Shown one piece after another: positions 39,501 to 48,540 of a stretch of DNA of 64,000 bases. Source of the stretch: a bacterium. Its GTDB lineage: Bacteria > CAIWAD01. Positions within the stretch are counted from its first letter, which is position 1. Each line of letters opens with the position of its first letter. The position numbers and the translations under genes were made by a program. The stretch is from NCBI GenBank assembly GCA_030429345.1, contig JAUIFJ010000015.1:28931-92930 (forward strand). Direction: 5' to 3'. Under the pieces are notes generated by a model. That model saw only the letters and a program-made list of their open reading frames with translations, was not told the origin of the DNA and did not search any database.

Positions 39501-42500
39501 GTGATCAATGCCAGATCCAGGAAGGCCTCCGAATTGTCGGAATCAATGCTGACGGAGGCGTTGTCCGTGAAGGTGCCGGTTTCTTCGGGAATCGTGACCA
39601 TCACGTCCACGACCAGGCTCGCCTGGGGAGCGATGACTCCCGTGTTGCCGGCAGGCTGTCCATCGATGGTGATCTCGATCTCCAGCTGGTCCTCCGTGAG
39701 GGTCAGCGTGTAGCTGTCCTCGACGAGTCCGCCGTTGAAGAGGGTGAAGCTGCTCTGGATCACATCCCCCGGGCCGCCGCTCATCCCGAGCGGATCGGGG
39801 TTCGCGCTGACCGTATACTCGGGAATGATCAGGTCGAAGCGCACGGTCCACTCCGGCAGGGGCTCGAAAGGCGCGCCGTCGATGAGCACGTTGAGGCCGT
39901 CGTCCCCGGCGCCGTTCTCGAAGCCGATGGTGCAGTTGTCCAGGTCGAGTCCGTTGGCCAGGCTCTGGTAGTTCTGGTATACCTGGCCCGCGGCGAAATC
40001 GAAGACCGCCTGCGCCGTGATGGAACCCGGCGCGAAGGACTCCGCCACCTCGTCGAAGGTGAGCACGAAGCGGTCCTGGTCGTCCGTGCCGTAATACACC
40101 TGCCCGCCGGCCGCCGGGTCCAGGAAGTCCCAGAAGAGGGCGAAGAGATTGTTGGGAGTGCCGACCGCGGGGAAGCTCTGGTTGACGCCGGATGCCATGC
40201 CCGTCGGCGAAAAGCCGTAGATGCCGTTGCTGCCGACATAGAGCTGGCTGTAGGAGTCGCCGTAGAAGGAAAGGGCGCCGCCCAGCTCGAGCGGTCCGGC
40301 AACGCCGTTGCTCGCCAGCGTCAGGTAGGTGCGGTCTTCTTCCGGCAGGTCGACCCAGAAATAGTCCACATCCCCGCCGGCGCTGCTGGTCCAGCTGTTG
40401 CCCCAGGCGTCGGGGCCGCCTCCGGAAGCATTCACGACGGCTGTCGTGACCGCCAGGTTGATCACATCCTCGGAGTTATCGGAGCTGATGAGCACGAAAG
40501 CATTGTCTGTAAAGGTGTCGATCTCTTCGGGAATCGTGACCTCGACCTCGAAACTGGCGCTGCCGGCGGGGTCGATGGTGCCCGTATTGCTGGCCGGTTC
40601 GCCGTCCACAAGCAGCTGGATCCCGAGAACGTCCTCGGTCGCCGCCAGGCTGTAGCTGTCCGGTTGCGTGCCGGCATTGAAGACCGAAACCGTTCCGCTG
40701 AGCACATCGCCGGGACCGCCGCCCAGCAGGAGCGGGTTGGGGTTGGCGCTGGAGGCGTAGTCCGGAATGATCAGGTCGAAGCGGATCGTCCAGGGAGCGA
40801 AGGGCAGGAAAGGCTGGCTGTTGAAGACCACCGTCAGGCCATCCGAGCCATCGGAGTTCTCGATGCCGATGGTGCAGCTGCTCAGGTCGATCCCGTCCGC
40901 CAGTTCGCTGTAGTTGTGGTACACCGAGCCGTTCTCGAAATCGATCACCGACTGGGCGACGACATTGCCCGGCCCGGAAGGATACTCGATCACCCCGTCA
41001 TAGGTCAGGATGAATCGACCGCTCTCGTCGTTTCCGTAATACACCTGGCCGCCGTCGGCAGGATCCAGATCGTCCCAGAAAAGCGCAAGAAGATTGTTGG
41101 GGAAGGTGGCGTTGGGAAGTTCCTGATTGGAAAGCGAGGTCATCGAGGTCGGGTCGAAGCCGTAGTAGCCGTTCGAGCCGACGTAGACCTGGCTGTAGGC
41201 GTCGCCGTAGAAGTTGAGCGAACCGTTCATCGGGAAGGGGCCGCTGACCGAATCGTCGCCCAGGTCCGTGACATAGGTGCGGTCCTCTTCGGGAAGATCG
41301 ACCCAGAAGTGCTCGTCGGTGCTCCAGGTGTTGCCCCAGATGTCCGGGCCGCCGCCGGCGGCGTTGACCACGGAGGTCAGCACATCCACCGTGGCGCTGA
41401 CATCGGCATTGTCCGAGTCGATGCTCACCAGCGCCGCGTCCTCATAGGTGCCCATCTCCCCGTCGATCATGGCGATGACATCGATGGTGATGCTTCCCTC
41501 CGGCTGGAGGGTGCCCGTATTGCCGATCGGCGTTCCCTGGTAGCTGAGTGTCACATCCACCAGGTCCTGTGTCACGGCCAGGGCATAGCTGTCTTCCAGC
41601 TGGCCGCGGTTGGTGATGGTGAAGCTGGCGTTGAGCACATCGCCCGGGCCGCCGGTCTGGGTGATCAGCGCCGGCTCGGCCGTGACGCCATAGTCCGGCG
41701 GAACCAGGTTGAAGAGGATCGACTGGCCCTGGTAGTGCGCGCTGGCGTCCCCCACGTTCAGGCCTCGTGTGCCCGTGTGGTCGATGCCGCTGCTCTCGCA
41801 GAGCGCTCCCGTATCGTCCAGCAGATCGTACTGGAACTGAATGTCGCCATTGCCGTAGAGGATCACCTGGAAGGTCTGGACATTGTCCCGGTCCGTGTAG
41901 CCGGCCAGGTCGACCCAGGTGACGACAAAGCGGTCGGGTTCCGTCATCGCGCCGTAATACAGGTGACTCGTGTCCTTGTGGTACATGTCCAGCGACCAGG
42001 GGTCGATCAGCCGGTAGTCCGACACGTCGTCAGGCAGCCGGTAGGAGAAGCTGGGTGTCGCCCCCTCGTTGCCGACCATGATCACCCCGTTGGCGCTGAA
42101 GCGCACCTGATCCACCGTGTCATCGTAGAAGGGGAAGGAGAAGGGCAGGGTCATCCAGTCGGAAAAGGTGTCATCCTGGTTGAGGCCCGGCCAAAGCTCG
42201 GTATGCTCCTCTGCCACTGGATCGATCCAGGCGAAGGGCATGCCGTTCTCCTCGTCCTGGTCATAGGCGGAGTAGCCGTATTCGTCCGGACCCCAGGACT
42301 CGTCCGTTCCCTGGCCGCCCTTGCGGACTTGCCTGGGCTGAGTCGGAAAACGCGCAAGCAATTGCTCCTTCTCCGCTGGACTCAGGGGCTGTCCAGCCAG
42401 ATGCCGCATTCTCAGGAGATCCAGCGGATCCTTGGCCTCAGGCGGTGTCTGCGCAGGGCTTAGGATCTGTGATGACAGTTCGCTGGCCAGGTGCTCGGCG

Positions 42501-42724
42501 CGCCTTTCAGCCTGCTCTTCCGCGTTTGCTGCGCGCTCAGCCTCCGCATGGGAAGGCTGCTGGACAGCCGGTTCCTTTGCCTCTGACAGTTCCGTCTTGC
42601 GCAGCGCCTGAAGCTCGCGCTCCTTTTCGGCCTGCTCTTCCGGACTCAAGGCTTCAGCGACAAGCGCGGCAGGCAGAAGAAGCGCTGCCAGGGCAAAAGC
42701 CCGTTTCCTGCTGTGGTTCCTCAT
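36527..42724 (-). CDS. Giant (2065 aa) secreted repeat protein with T9SS C-terminal domain; putative cell-surface adhesin
   Basis: The start ATG follows AGGGAG. It has a signal peptide and then a Glu/Ala-rich low-complexity region. At least five tandem repeats of about 310 aa follow (...GGPGDV..FT..N.G...DSY.L... then GGGPD.WGN.W.....FWVDLPEEDRTY...YVGSNG.YGF...LALFWDDLDPA.GGQVYYG...). A beta-propeller-like region and a T9SS CTD (NYPNPFNPST...) follow. Confidence 0.8.
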   Translation of the reverse strand: MRNHSRKRAFALAALLLPAALVAEALSPEEQAEKERELQALRKTELSEAKEPAVQQPSHAEAERAANAEEQAERRAEHLASELSSQILSPAQTPPEAKDPLDLLRMRHLAGQPLSPAEKEQLLARFPTQPRQVRKGGQGTDESWGPDEYGYSAYDQDEENGMPFAWIDPVAEEHTELWPGLNQDDTFSDWMTLPFSFPFYDDTVDQVRFSANGVIMVGNEGATPSFSYRLPDDVSDYRLIDPWSLDMYHKDTSHLYYGAMTEPDRFVVTWVDLAGYTDRDNVQTFQVILYGNGDIQFQYDLLDDTGALCESSGIDHTGTRGLNVGDASAHYQGQSILFNLVPPDYGVTAEPALITQTGGPGDVLNASFTITNRGQLEDSYALAVTQDLVDVTLSYQGTPIGNTGTLQPEGSITIDVIAMIDGEMGTYEDAALVSIDSDNADVSATVDVLTSVVNAAGGGPDIWGNTWSTDEHFWVDLPEEDRTYVTDLGDDSVSGPFPMNGSLNFYGDAYSQVYVGSNGYYGFDPTSMTSLSNQELPNATFPNNLLALFWDDLDPADGGQVYYGNDESGRFILTYDGVIEYPSGPGNVVAQSVIDFENGSVYHNYSELADGIDLSSCTIGIENSDGSDGLTVVFNSQPFLPFAPWTIRFDLIIPDYASSANPNPLLLGGGPGDVLSGTVSVFNAGTQPDSYSLAATEDVLGIQLLVDGEPASNTGTIDPAGSASFEVEVTIPEEIDTFTDNAFVLISSDNSEDVINLAVTTAVVNASGGGPDAWGNSWTSSAGGDVDYFWVDLPEEDRTYLTLASNGVAGPLELGGALSFYGDSYSQLYVGSNGIYGFSPTGMASGVNQSFPAVGTPNNLFALFWDFLDPAAGGQVYYGTDDQDRFVLTFDEVAESFAPGSITAQAVFDFAAGQVYQNYQSLANGLDLDNCTIGFENGAGDDGLNVLIDGAPFEPLPEWTVRFDLIIPEYTVSANPDPLGMSGGPGDVIQSSFTLFNGGLVEDSYTLTLTEDQLEIEITIDGQPAGNTGVIAPQASLVVDVMVTIPEETGTFTDNASVSIDSDNSEAFLDLALITSVINAAGGGPDAWGNTWISSAGGDVDYFWVDLPEEDRTYITDLGDDSVSGPFEMNGTISFYGNPYSSVYVGSNGVYGFDQLGLNSLGNENFPDPSTPNNCLALFWDDLDPADGGQVYYGNDEDGRFVLTYDGVIEYPSGPGNVVAQSVFDFESGYVFHNYNQLADGIDLSSCTIGIENSDGSDGLTVLYNNDPFPPASQWTVRFSLGAPPDYFPVLEDGVNTAGGVDSQVTVPVSVTNNGLVEDSFVIAASGTSDVEVQVLINGTPGNTTPTVQPLEAFEFELEFDIPEVPADIQYVFDVTATSSGDPSRQDATTVSLTVVPVQGGPDEYGYFWSTTDADGQVEYDWVELDSPNPAPATDDGFAGPFDIGFTWNHYGVDYTQVWIGSNGMIGFAETGMNSLGNQQLPNTSTPNAVIAMFWDDLDPDSNNDGTIEYGTQDGLFVVNYLGVPEFPGGQTSGRITAQVILDPDEEAVRINYQNFENDLDMLSATIGQENADGTQGFWCNYNSQGWMPTPESAVWFGFNVIGPSGPYAVDIDPSEQDGVGVNGEYAEYTFEVENRGENPSAFSIESEGHIWDVTWHDVDAAWAEITAIPELAYDEVFNLGVRHFVPEEPESFTDLAVFTVTSTVEETAFAEASFLTAASCTHIEQLTQNLTGNGLFGMVNLSDGEGMGDGQILWNASSVNRFVMQDSEDGSATTISAMTAGHDYQGIAWDSRDNTVWVSYLAGISHKNTDGSTIASFEPAILAEGTGRMPMGLAYDADSEILWAVCSNAGFDEVVRIDISDPANPVDLSAEVLPWSGGVPGAAGADYDEGSDQLLLVNRSTGSMECFLDLGNGQVEPRGDFCPSGLEDVHGIALHTDGTVFLGATNGLAHPVEHYMAPCAVTDVASGPALPERFELGANYPNPFNPSTMLRVALPQAGQVKLEVYNLLGQRQSLLWNDRLDAGWHEFRFDGSALASGVYFYRVTVADNGGASLYSDVRKMMLMK

Positions 42725-42989
42725 GGACCTGAACTCCCTTCTATCAATGGGATGGATGCACTACAAACGGCCAGGGCGGCCGAAGGGAAAAGCGAACAGG
42801 CCCACAATATGCCGGAATCCCCTCCCCGATTCCACCCCTTTTCCAAAGGCCGTGGAGAAACCTGTTTCTGGTTGTGCCGGTAACATCAGGTGCTTGCAAG
42901 GCAGGTTGGGAAATGGATCCAGGCAGGATCGGACTCGACGATGACCAAGGATTCCGGCATGGAAGTGGCGACAGCTGTCCTCTGGTGAG

Positions 42990-43076
42990 GACTTAAAATA
43001 ACGGGGTTCAAAGCCATGCACTGTGAGTAGGAGCGTGCACACGCTCTTTTCCCACTTTCGTCCACTCCACAGTACA
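42990..43076 (+). repeat. Intergenic repeat element copy D
   Basis: It has the same core as copy C with the flanks conserved, because it lies inside the segmental duplication. Confidence 0.6.
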
Positions 43077-43132
43077 CCCCCGCCCACATCCTGAACAACC
43101 CCATCCCCCCACCAGGACACCCACCCACCCCA

Positions 43133-43178
43133 CTTCATACTTCATACTTCATCCTTCATACTTCGTACTTCATCCTTA
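43133..43178 (+). repeat. Heptanucleotide microsatellite (CTTCATA/CTTCATC), about 6.5 units
   Basis: The tract reads cttcatacttcatacttcatccttcatacttcgtacttcatcctt. The paralogous position at 36424-36440 has only about two units. Confidence 0.7.
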
Positions 43179-43214
43179 AGAGAAAGCCCCCGCCGGCCGA
43201 AACCGACGGGGGCC
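43178..43214 (-). terminator. Terminator after giant adhesin gene 2
   Basis: It is the same hairpin as at 36441-36477. Confidence 0.5.
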
Positions 43215-43263
43215 CGAGTTCAGGTCCCGGCGGGAACCGCGCCGGGAGCCTGGAAGATGCGTG

Positions 43264-46200
43264 TTACTTCATCAGCATCATCTTGCGCACGTCGCTGTAG
43301 AGCGAGGCGCCGCCGTTGTCGGCGACCGTCACACGGTAGAAGTAGACGCCGCTCGCCAGCGCGCTGCCGTCGAAGCGGAACTCGTGCCAGCCCGCGTCCA
43401 GGCGGTCGTTCCACAGCAGGGACTGCCGCTGGCCGAGCAGGTTGTATACTTCCAGCTTGACCTGGCCCGCCTGGGGCAGGGCCACGCGCAGCATGGTGCT
43501 CGGGTTGAAAGGATTCGGATAGTTGGCGCCCAGCTCGAAACGCTCCGGCAGGGCCGGTCCGCTCGCAACATCCGTGACGGCGCAGGGAGCCATGTAGTGC
43601 TCCACGGGATGCGCCAGGCCGTTGGTCGCGCCCAGGAAGACCGTGCCGTCCGTATACAGGGCAATGCCGTGTACATCCTCCAGCCCGCTGGGACAGAAGT
43701 CGCCGCGCGGTTCGATCTCGCCGGTGCCCAGGTCCAGGAAGCACTCCATGGAACCAGTGCTGCTGTTCACAAGGATCAGCTGGTCGCTGCCTTCGTCGTA
43801 GTCCGCGCCGGCCGCGCCGGGCACGCCGCCGCTCCAGGGCAGCGCTTCCGCGCTCAGGTCGACCGGGTTGGCGGAATCGCTGATGTCGATGCGCACCACC
43901 TCGTCGAAACCGGCGTTGGAACACACGGCCCAGAGGATCTCGCTGTCCGCGTCGTAGGCCAGGCCCATCGGCGTGCGCCCCGTGCCTTCGGCGAGAATCG
44001 CCGGTTCGAAAGAGGCAATCGTCGAGCCGTCCGTGTTCTTGTGGCTGATGCCGCCCAAGTAGCTGACCCAGACCGTGTTGTCCCGGCTGTCCCAGGCGAT
44101 GCCCTGGTAGTCGTGTCCGGCGGTCATCGCGGAAATCGTCGTCGCGGAGCCGTCCTCCGAGTCCTGCATCACGAAGCGGTTGACCGAACTGGCGTTCCAG
44201 AGGATCTGGCCGTCGTCCATGCCCTCGCCGTCGCTCAGGTGAACCATGCCGAAAAGCCCGGTGCCGGTCAGGTTGCCCGTCAGCTGATCCATGTGGGTGC
44301 AGCTGGCCGCGGTCAGCACGGTGGCTTCCGCGAAGGCCATCGGCTCCATGGTGGAAGTGACCTCGAAACTCACCAGATCGGTGAAGCTTTCCGGCTCCTC
44401 GGGCACATGGTGTCTCACACCCAGGTTGAAGACCTCGTCATAGGCCAGCTCGGGGATCGCCGTGATCTCGGCCCAGGCGGCGTCTACATCATGCCAGGTC
44501 ACGTCCCAGACATGGCCTTCGGAGGCGATGCTGAAAGCGCTGGCATTCTCGCCGCGGTTCTCCACCTCGAAGGTATACTCGGCATAGCCGCCGTTGACGC
44601 CCACCCCCTGCTGCGATTCCGGATCGATGTCGACGGCGTAGGGACCGCTGGGACCGATCACGTTGAAGCCGAACCAGACCGAGCTCTCGTTGGTCGGCAC
44701 CCAGCCCAGGCTGTTGAAGTTGCACCAGAAGCCCTGCGCGCCGCCGGCGCCCTCCTGGCCGATCGTCGCGCTGCTCGTGTCGATGCCTCCGTCGAGGCTC
44801 TGGTAGTTGATGCGCACGGCCTCTTCGTCGGGATCAAGGATCACCTGCACGGTAATGGAGCCGTCGCCTCCGAACTCGGATACGGCCGTATACTGCGCAA
44901 CGAAGATCTCGCCGTTGGCCTCGTAGCTCACTGTGCCGCCTGCGCCGGGATTGAGGTCGTCCCAGAAGAAGGCGATCAGGTCGCTGGGGTCGTTCGGATC
45001 CGGAAGGTCCTGGTTGCCCAGGCTCCACATGTTGGTCTCGTTGAAGCCCATGTAGCCGTTGCTGGCGATGAAGACCTGCGTGTAGTCGTTGCCGTAGTGG
45101 TTCCAGGTGAGGCCCATGTCGATGGGATCGCTGTAGTCGTCATCTCCAAGGGTCAGGACGACCGGGTTCTGCATTTCGTACCACTCGTACTCCACCTGGC
45201 CGCCGGCATCGGTCGTGCTCCAGAAGTAGCCGTAGTCGTCAGGTCCGCCCTGGGTCGGCACCACGACCAGCGTCACCGTCGTGGCATCCTGCGCCGTCGA
45301 GTTGCCGACGCTGGTCGCCGTCAGGTCGAAGGTATACGTAATGTCCGAGGGCGAATCCGGAATGTCGAATTCCAGCTCGATCCCGAAGCTCTCCAGGGGC
45401 TGGACGACCGGGGTCGTGTTGCCCGGGGTTCCGTTGATCAGCACATCCACTTCCACATCGCCCGTCCCGGAGGCGGTGATGGTGAAGGAATCCTGCAGCA
45501 GGCCGTTGTTCGTGACATCCACGAAGGCGCTGACCTGCGAATCGACGGGGCCGACCGCGCTGACGCCGTCCTCGAGGGCGGGGTAGTAGTCGGGCGGAGC
45601 GCCGAGCTCGAAGAGCACCGTCCACTGCGAGGCCGGCGGAAAGGGGGCTCCGTTGTATACAACGGTCAGGCCGTCGCTGCCGTCCGCGTTCTCGATGCCG
45701 ATGGTGCAGCTGGAGATGTCGATGCCGTCGGCCAGGGCGGCATAATTGTGATACACATGCCCCGCGGCGAAGTCGATCACGGCCTGGGCGACGATATTGC
45801 CCGGTCCGCTGGGATACTCGATGACCCCGTCGTAGGTCAACACGAAGCGGCCGTCGTCGTCCGTGCCGTAGTAGACCTGTCCTCCATCCGCCGGATCCAT
45901 GTCGTCCCAGAAAAGGGCCAGGATGTTGTTCGGGGCGTTGGCGTTCGGGAACTCCTGGTTGCTGAGCGAGCTCATCGAGGCAGGATCGAATCCGTAGTAT
46001 CCGTTGGAACCGACGTAGACATCGCTGTAGCTCTCGCCATAGTAGCTCAAGGCGCCTCCCATGGGGAAGGGGCCGCTGACGCTGTCGTCGCCGAGATCCG
46101 TCACGTATACACGGTCCGCCTCGTCCAGCTCCACCCAGAAGTACTCGATGTCGCCGCCGTTGCTGCTGGTCCAGGTGTTGCCCCAGCTGTCGGGACCGCC

Positions 46201-48426
46201 GCCGGAGGCGTTGATCACCAGCGTCGAGACCGGCATCCCGTCCGTTCCGTCGGAGTTGTCCGAACTGACCTGCACCAGGGCCTCGTCCGTGAAGGTGCCG
46301 GTCTCATCCGGAATCGTCACCACCACGTCGATCGTCAGGCTGCTTTCCGCCGCGATGCTGCCCGTGTTGCTGATCTCCTCGCCGTTCAGCAGGAGCTGCA
46401 CGGCGAGCACATCCTCTGTCACACTCAATGCATAGCTGTCCGGGGTCGTGCCGGCATTGAAGATCGTGAAGTCGCCCGTGACCGTGTCACCGGGACCGCC
46501 GCTCAGGCCCAGGATCTCGGGGGAGATGCTGAAGGCGTAGTCCGGGACGATCAGGTCGAAACGCAGGCTCCAGCCCGCGGTGGGCACATAGGGATCTCCA
46601 TCCGTGAGGAGGTGCAGGGCATCGTCGCCGGCAGCATTCTCCATGCCGACCGTGCAGCCGGCGACATCGATGCCGTTCTCCAGGGCGTCATAGTTGAAGA
46701 AGACCTGGCCCGCCGTGAAATCCACGACGGCCTGCATGGTGAGGGTTCCCGCTCCGCCGTACTCGCTGACCTGGTCGAAAGTCAACACGAGACGCCCGTC
46801 CTCGTCGTTGCCGTAATACACGGTTCCGCCGGAAGCCGGATTGAGGTCGTCCCAGAACATGTAGAACTGGGCGTTCGGGGTCCCGCCGTCGGGCAGGACG
46901 GCATTGAAGCGGGAGGCCATGTTGTCGGGAACGAAGCCGAAGTAGCCGTTGCTGGCCACGTAGAACTCCGAGTAGGACTCGCCGTAGAAGGTCAGCGCGC
47001 CGCCCATGGGGAAGGGACCCGCGGAATTGTCATCGCCCAGCGTCACCGGCGTGCGGTCCTCTTCCGGCAGATCTACCCAGAAGCTCTCGACGCTGGTCCA
47101 GGTGTTTCCCCAGTTGTCCGGGCCGCCGCCGGCGGCATTGATCACGGAGGTCGACACGTCGACCGCCGCGCTGGCGGCGGCATTGTCCGAGGAAACGCCG
47201 ATCACGGCCAAGTCGTCGTAGGTGCCCATCTCCTCGTCGATGATCGCGGTCACGTCGATCGTCATCGTCCCGGCGGGCTGGATCGTGCCCGTATTGCCGA
47301 TGGGCGTCCCCTGGTAGCTCAGGGTCACCTCGACCAGATCCTGTGTCACATCCAGGGTGTAGCTGTCGGCCAGCTGGCCCATGTTCGTGATCGTGAAGCT
47401 GGCATTGAGCACGTCGCCGGGATTTCCCGTCTGGGCGATGGTCGCCGGATCGACGGCAACGGCGTAGTCGGGCAGGGTCAGGTTGAAGAGGAGCGACTGC
47501 CCCGTGTAGTGCGCCGAGGCGTCCCCCACGTTCAGGCCGCGCGTGCCCGTGTGATCCAGGCCGCTGCTCTCGCAGAGAGCGCCCGTCTCGTCGATGTCGC
47601 CGTACTGGAACTGGATGTCCCCGTCGGGGAAGAGCAGGACCTGGAAGGTCTGGAAGACTTCGCGGTCGTCGTAGCCCGCCAGGTCGATCCAGGTGACGAC
47701 GAAGGCCTCCGGGTCCTCCTGCACGCCGTACCAGGCCTGCGAGGTCTCGGCAGTGTGATACATATCCAGGGACCACGGGTCGATCAGCCGGAAATCGGTC
47801 ACGTCATCCGGCAGCCGGTAGGAGAACGAGGGCGTGGCTCCTTCGCCGCCCATCATGATCACGCCATTGGCGCTGAAACGCAGCGAATCGACCTCGTCGT
47901 CGTAGAAGGGGAAGGAGAAAGGCAGCGTGAGCCAATCGGACATGGTGTCGTCCTGGTTCACTCCCTCCCAGATCCGCGTGTGCCCTTCGGCCAGCGGGTC
48001 GATCCAGGCGAAGGGCATGCCGTTCTCCTCGTCCTGGTCATAGGCCGAATAGCCGAACTCGTCCGGTCCCCAGACCTCGTCGACGGTGTGATCCGGCCCC
48101 TTCGGTCGGGGATTCGCGGACCGGAAGCGATCCGCCAGCTGCGCCTTTTGCGAGCTCGTAAGGGGATCCCCGTCCAGGTGGCGCTGCATCAGCTGCTCGA
48201 GGGGATCTTTTTGTGTGACCGCGACGGCCGGGTCCGAGGCCCCGCCGGCATGCCGCGCCGGCTGATCCGCCAGCTTCTCGGCATGCAGGGCCTGGGCGCC
48301 CGAGTGCTGCAAGGCTTGCCGCTTGTCTTCGAGTTCCTCCGGGGTCAAGGTCCCTGCAAAGACAAGGGCCGGCAGCAGGAAGGCTCCTGTTCCCAGCGCT
48401 GCCATTGAGCGAAATGATTGTACCAT
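43264..48426 (-). CDS. Giant (about 1720 aa) paralogous secreted repeat protein with T9SS C-terminal domain
   Basis: The start ATG is at 48426 (the track TTG at 48429 is rejected), preceded by GGGAGAA. It has the same repeat architecture as gene 1 with one fewer repeat. The C-terminal roughly 600 aa are nearly identical to gene 1. Confidence 0.8.
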   Translation of the reverse strand: MVQSFRSMAALGTGAFLLPALVFAGTLTPEELEDKRQALQHSGAQALHAEKLADQPARHAGGASDPAVAVTQKDPLEQLMQRHLDGDPLTSSQKAQLADRFRSANPRPKGPDHTVDEVWGPDEFGYSAYDQDEENGMPFAWIDPLAEGHTRIWEGVNQDDTMSDWLTLPFSFPFYDDEVDSLRFSANGVIMMGGEGATPSFSYRLPDDVTDFRLIDPWSLDMYHTAETSQAWYGVQEDPEAFVVTWIDLAGYDDREVFQTFQVLLFPDGDIQFQYGDIDETGALCESSGLDHTGTRGLNVGDASAHYTGQSLLFNLTLPDYAVAVDPATIAQTGNPGDVLNASFTITNMGQLADSYTLDVTQDLVEVTLSYQGTPIGNTGTIQPAGTMTIDVTAIIDEEMGTYDDLAVIGVSSDNAAASAAVDVSTSVINAAGGGPDNWGNTWTSVESFWVDLPEEDRTPVTLGDDNSAGPFPMGGALTFYGESYSEFYVASNGYFGFVPDNMASRFNAVLPDGGTPNAQFYMFWDDLNPASGGTVYYGNDEDGRLVLTFDQVSEYGGAGTLTMQAVVDFTAGQVFFNYDALENGIDVAGCTVGMENAAGDDALHLLTDGDPYVPTAGWSLRFDLIVPDYAFSISPEILGLSGGPGDTVTGDFTIFNAGTTPDSYALSVTEDVLAVQLLLNGEEISNTGSIAAESSLTIDVVVTIPDETGTFTDEALVQVSSDNSDGTDGMPVSTLVINASGGGPDSWGNTWTSSNGGDIEYFWVELDEADRVYVTDLGDDSVSGPFPMGGALSYYGESYSDVYVGSNGYYGFDPASMSSLSNQEFPNANAPNNILALFWDDMDPADGGQVYYGTDDDGRFVLTYDGVIEYPSGPGNIVAQAVIDFAAGHVYHNYAALADGIDISSCTIGIENADGSDGLTVVYNGAPFPPASQWTVLFELGAPPDYYPALEDGVSAVGPVDSQVSAFVDVTNNGLLQDSFTITASGTGDVEVDVLINGTPGNTTPVVQPLESFGIELEFDIPDSPSDITYTFDLTATSVGNSTAQDATTVTLVVVPTQGGPDDYGYFWSTTDAGGQVEYEWYEMQNPVVLTLGDDDYSDPIDMGLTWNHYGNDYTQVFIASNGYMGFNETNMWSLGNQDLPDPNDPSDLIAFFWDDLNPGAGGTVSYEANGEIFVAQYTAVSEFGGDGSITVQVILDPDEEAVRINYQSLDGGIDTSSATIGQEGAGGAQGFWCNFNSLGWVPTNESSVWFGFNVIGPSGPYAVDIDPESQQGVGVNGGYAEYTFEVENRGENASAFSIASEGHVWDVTWHDVDAAWAEITAIPELAYDEVFNLGVRHHVPEEPESFTDLVSFEVTSTMEPMAFAEATVLTAASCTHMDQLTGNLTGTGLFGMVHLSDGEGMDDGQILWNASSVNRFVMQDSEDGSATTISAMTAGHDYQGIAWDSRDNTVWVSYLGGISHKNTDGSTIASFEPAILAEGTGRTPMGLAYDADSEILWAVCSNAGFDEVVRIDISDSANPVDLSAEALPWSGGVPGAAGADYDEGSDQLILVNSSTGSMECFLDLGTGEIEPRGDFCPSGLEDVHGIALYTDGTVFLGATNGLAHPVEHYMAPCAVTDVASGPALPERFELGANYPNPFNPSTMLRVALPQAGQVKLEVYNLLGQRQSLLWNDRLDAGWHEFRFDGSALASGVYFYRVTVADNGGASLYSDVRKMMLMK

Positions 48427-48540
48427 CAACCTGTTCTCCCTTCGTTGGGGGTGTGTGGGAATGAAACTGCAACCGGATGTGGAACCGGCAACCCGCGCCC
48501 CCGGGGGGCACGTGGATCATCCGGTGTAAAAAACCTGCCG

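Larger units (their letters stand above)
42952..45130 (+). repeat. Segmental duplication copy 2 (see 36244..38400)
   Basis: As for copy 1. Confidence 0.8.

Noticed and set aside
36524-42463. 1979-aa plus-strand ORF, and the matching 43261..48408 ORF of 1715 aa
   Set aside because: Both are antisense to the giant adhesin genes in high-GC DNA. Their composition is low-complexity and rich in G/A/V/R with no motifs. The sense-strand genes have signal peptides, SD sites and T9SS domains. These are spurious open frames.
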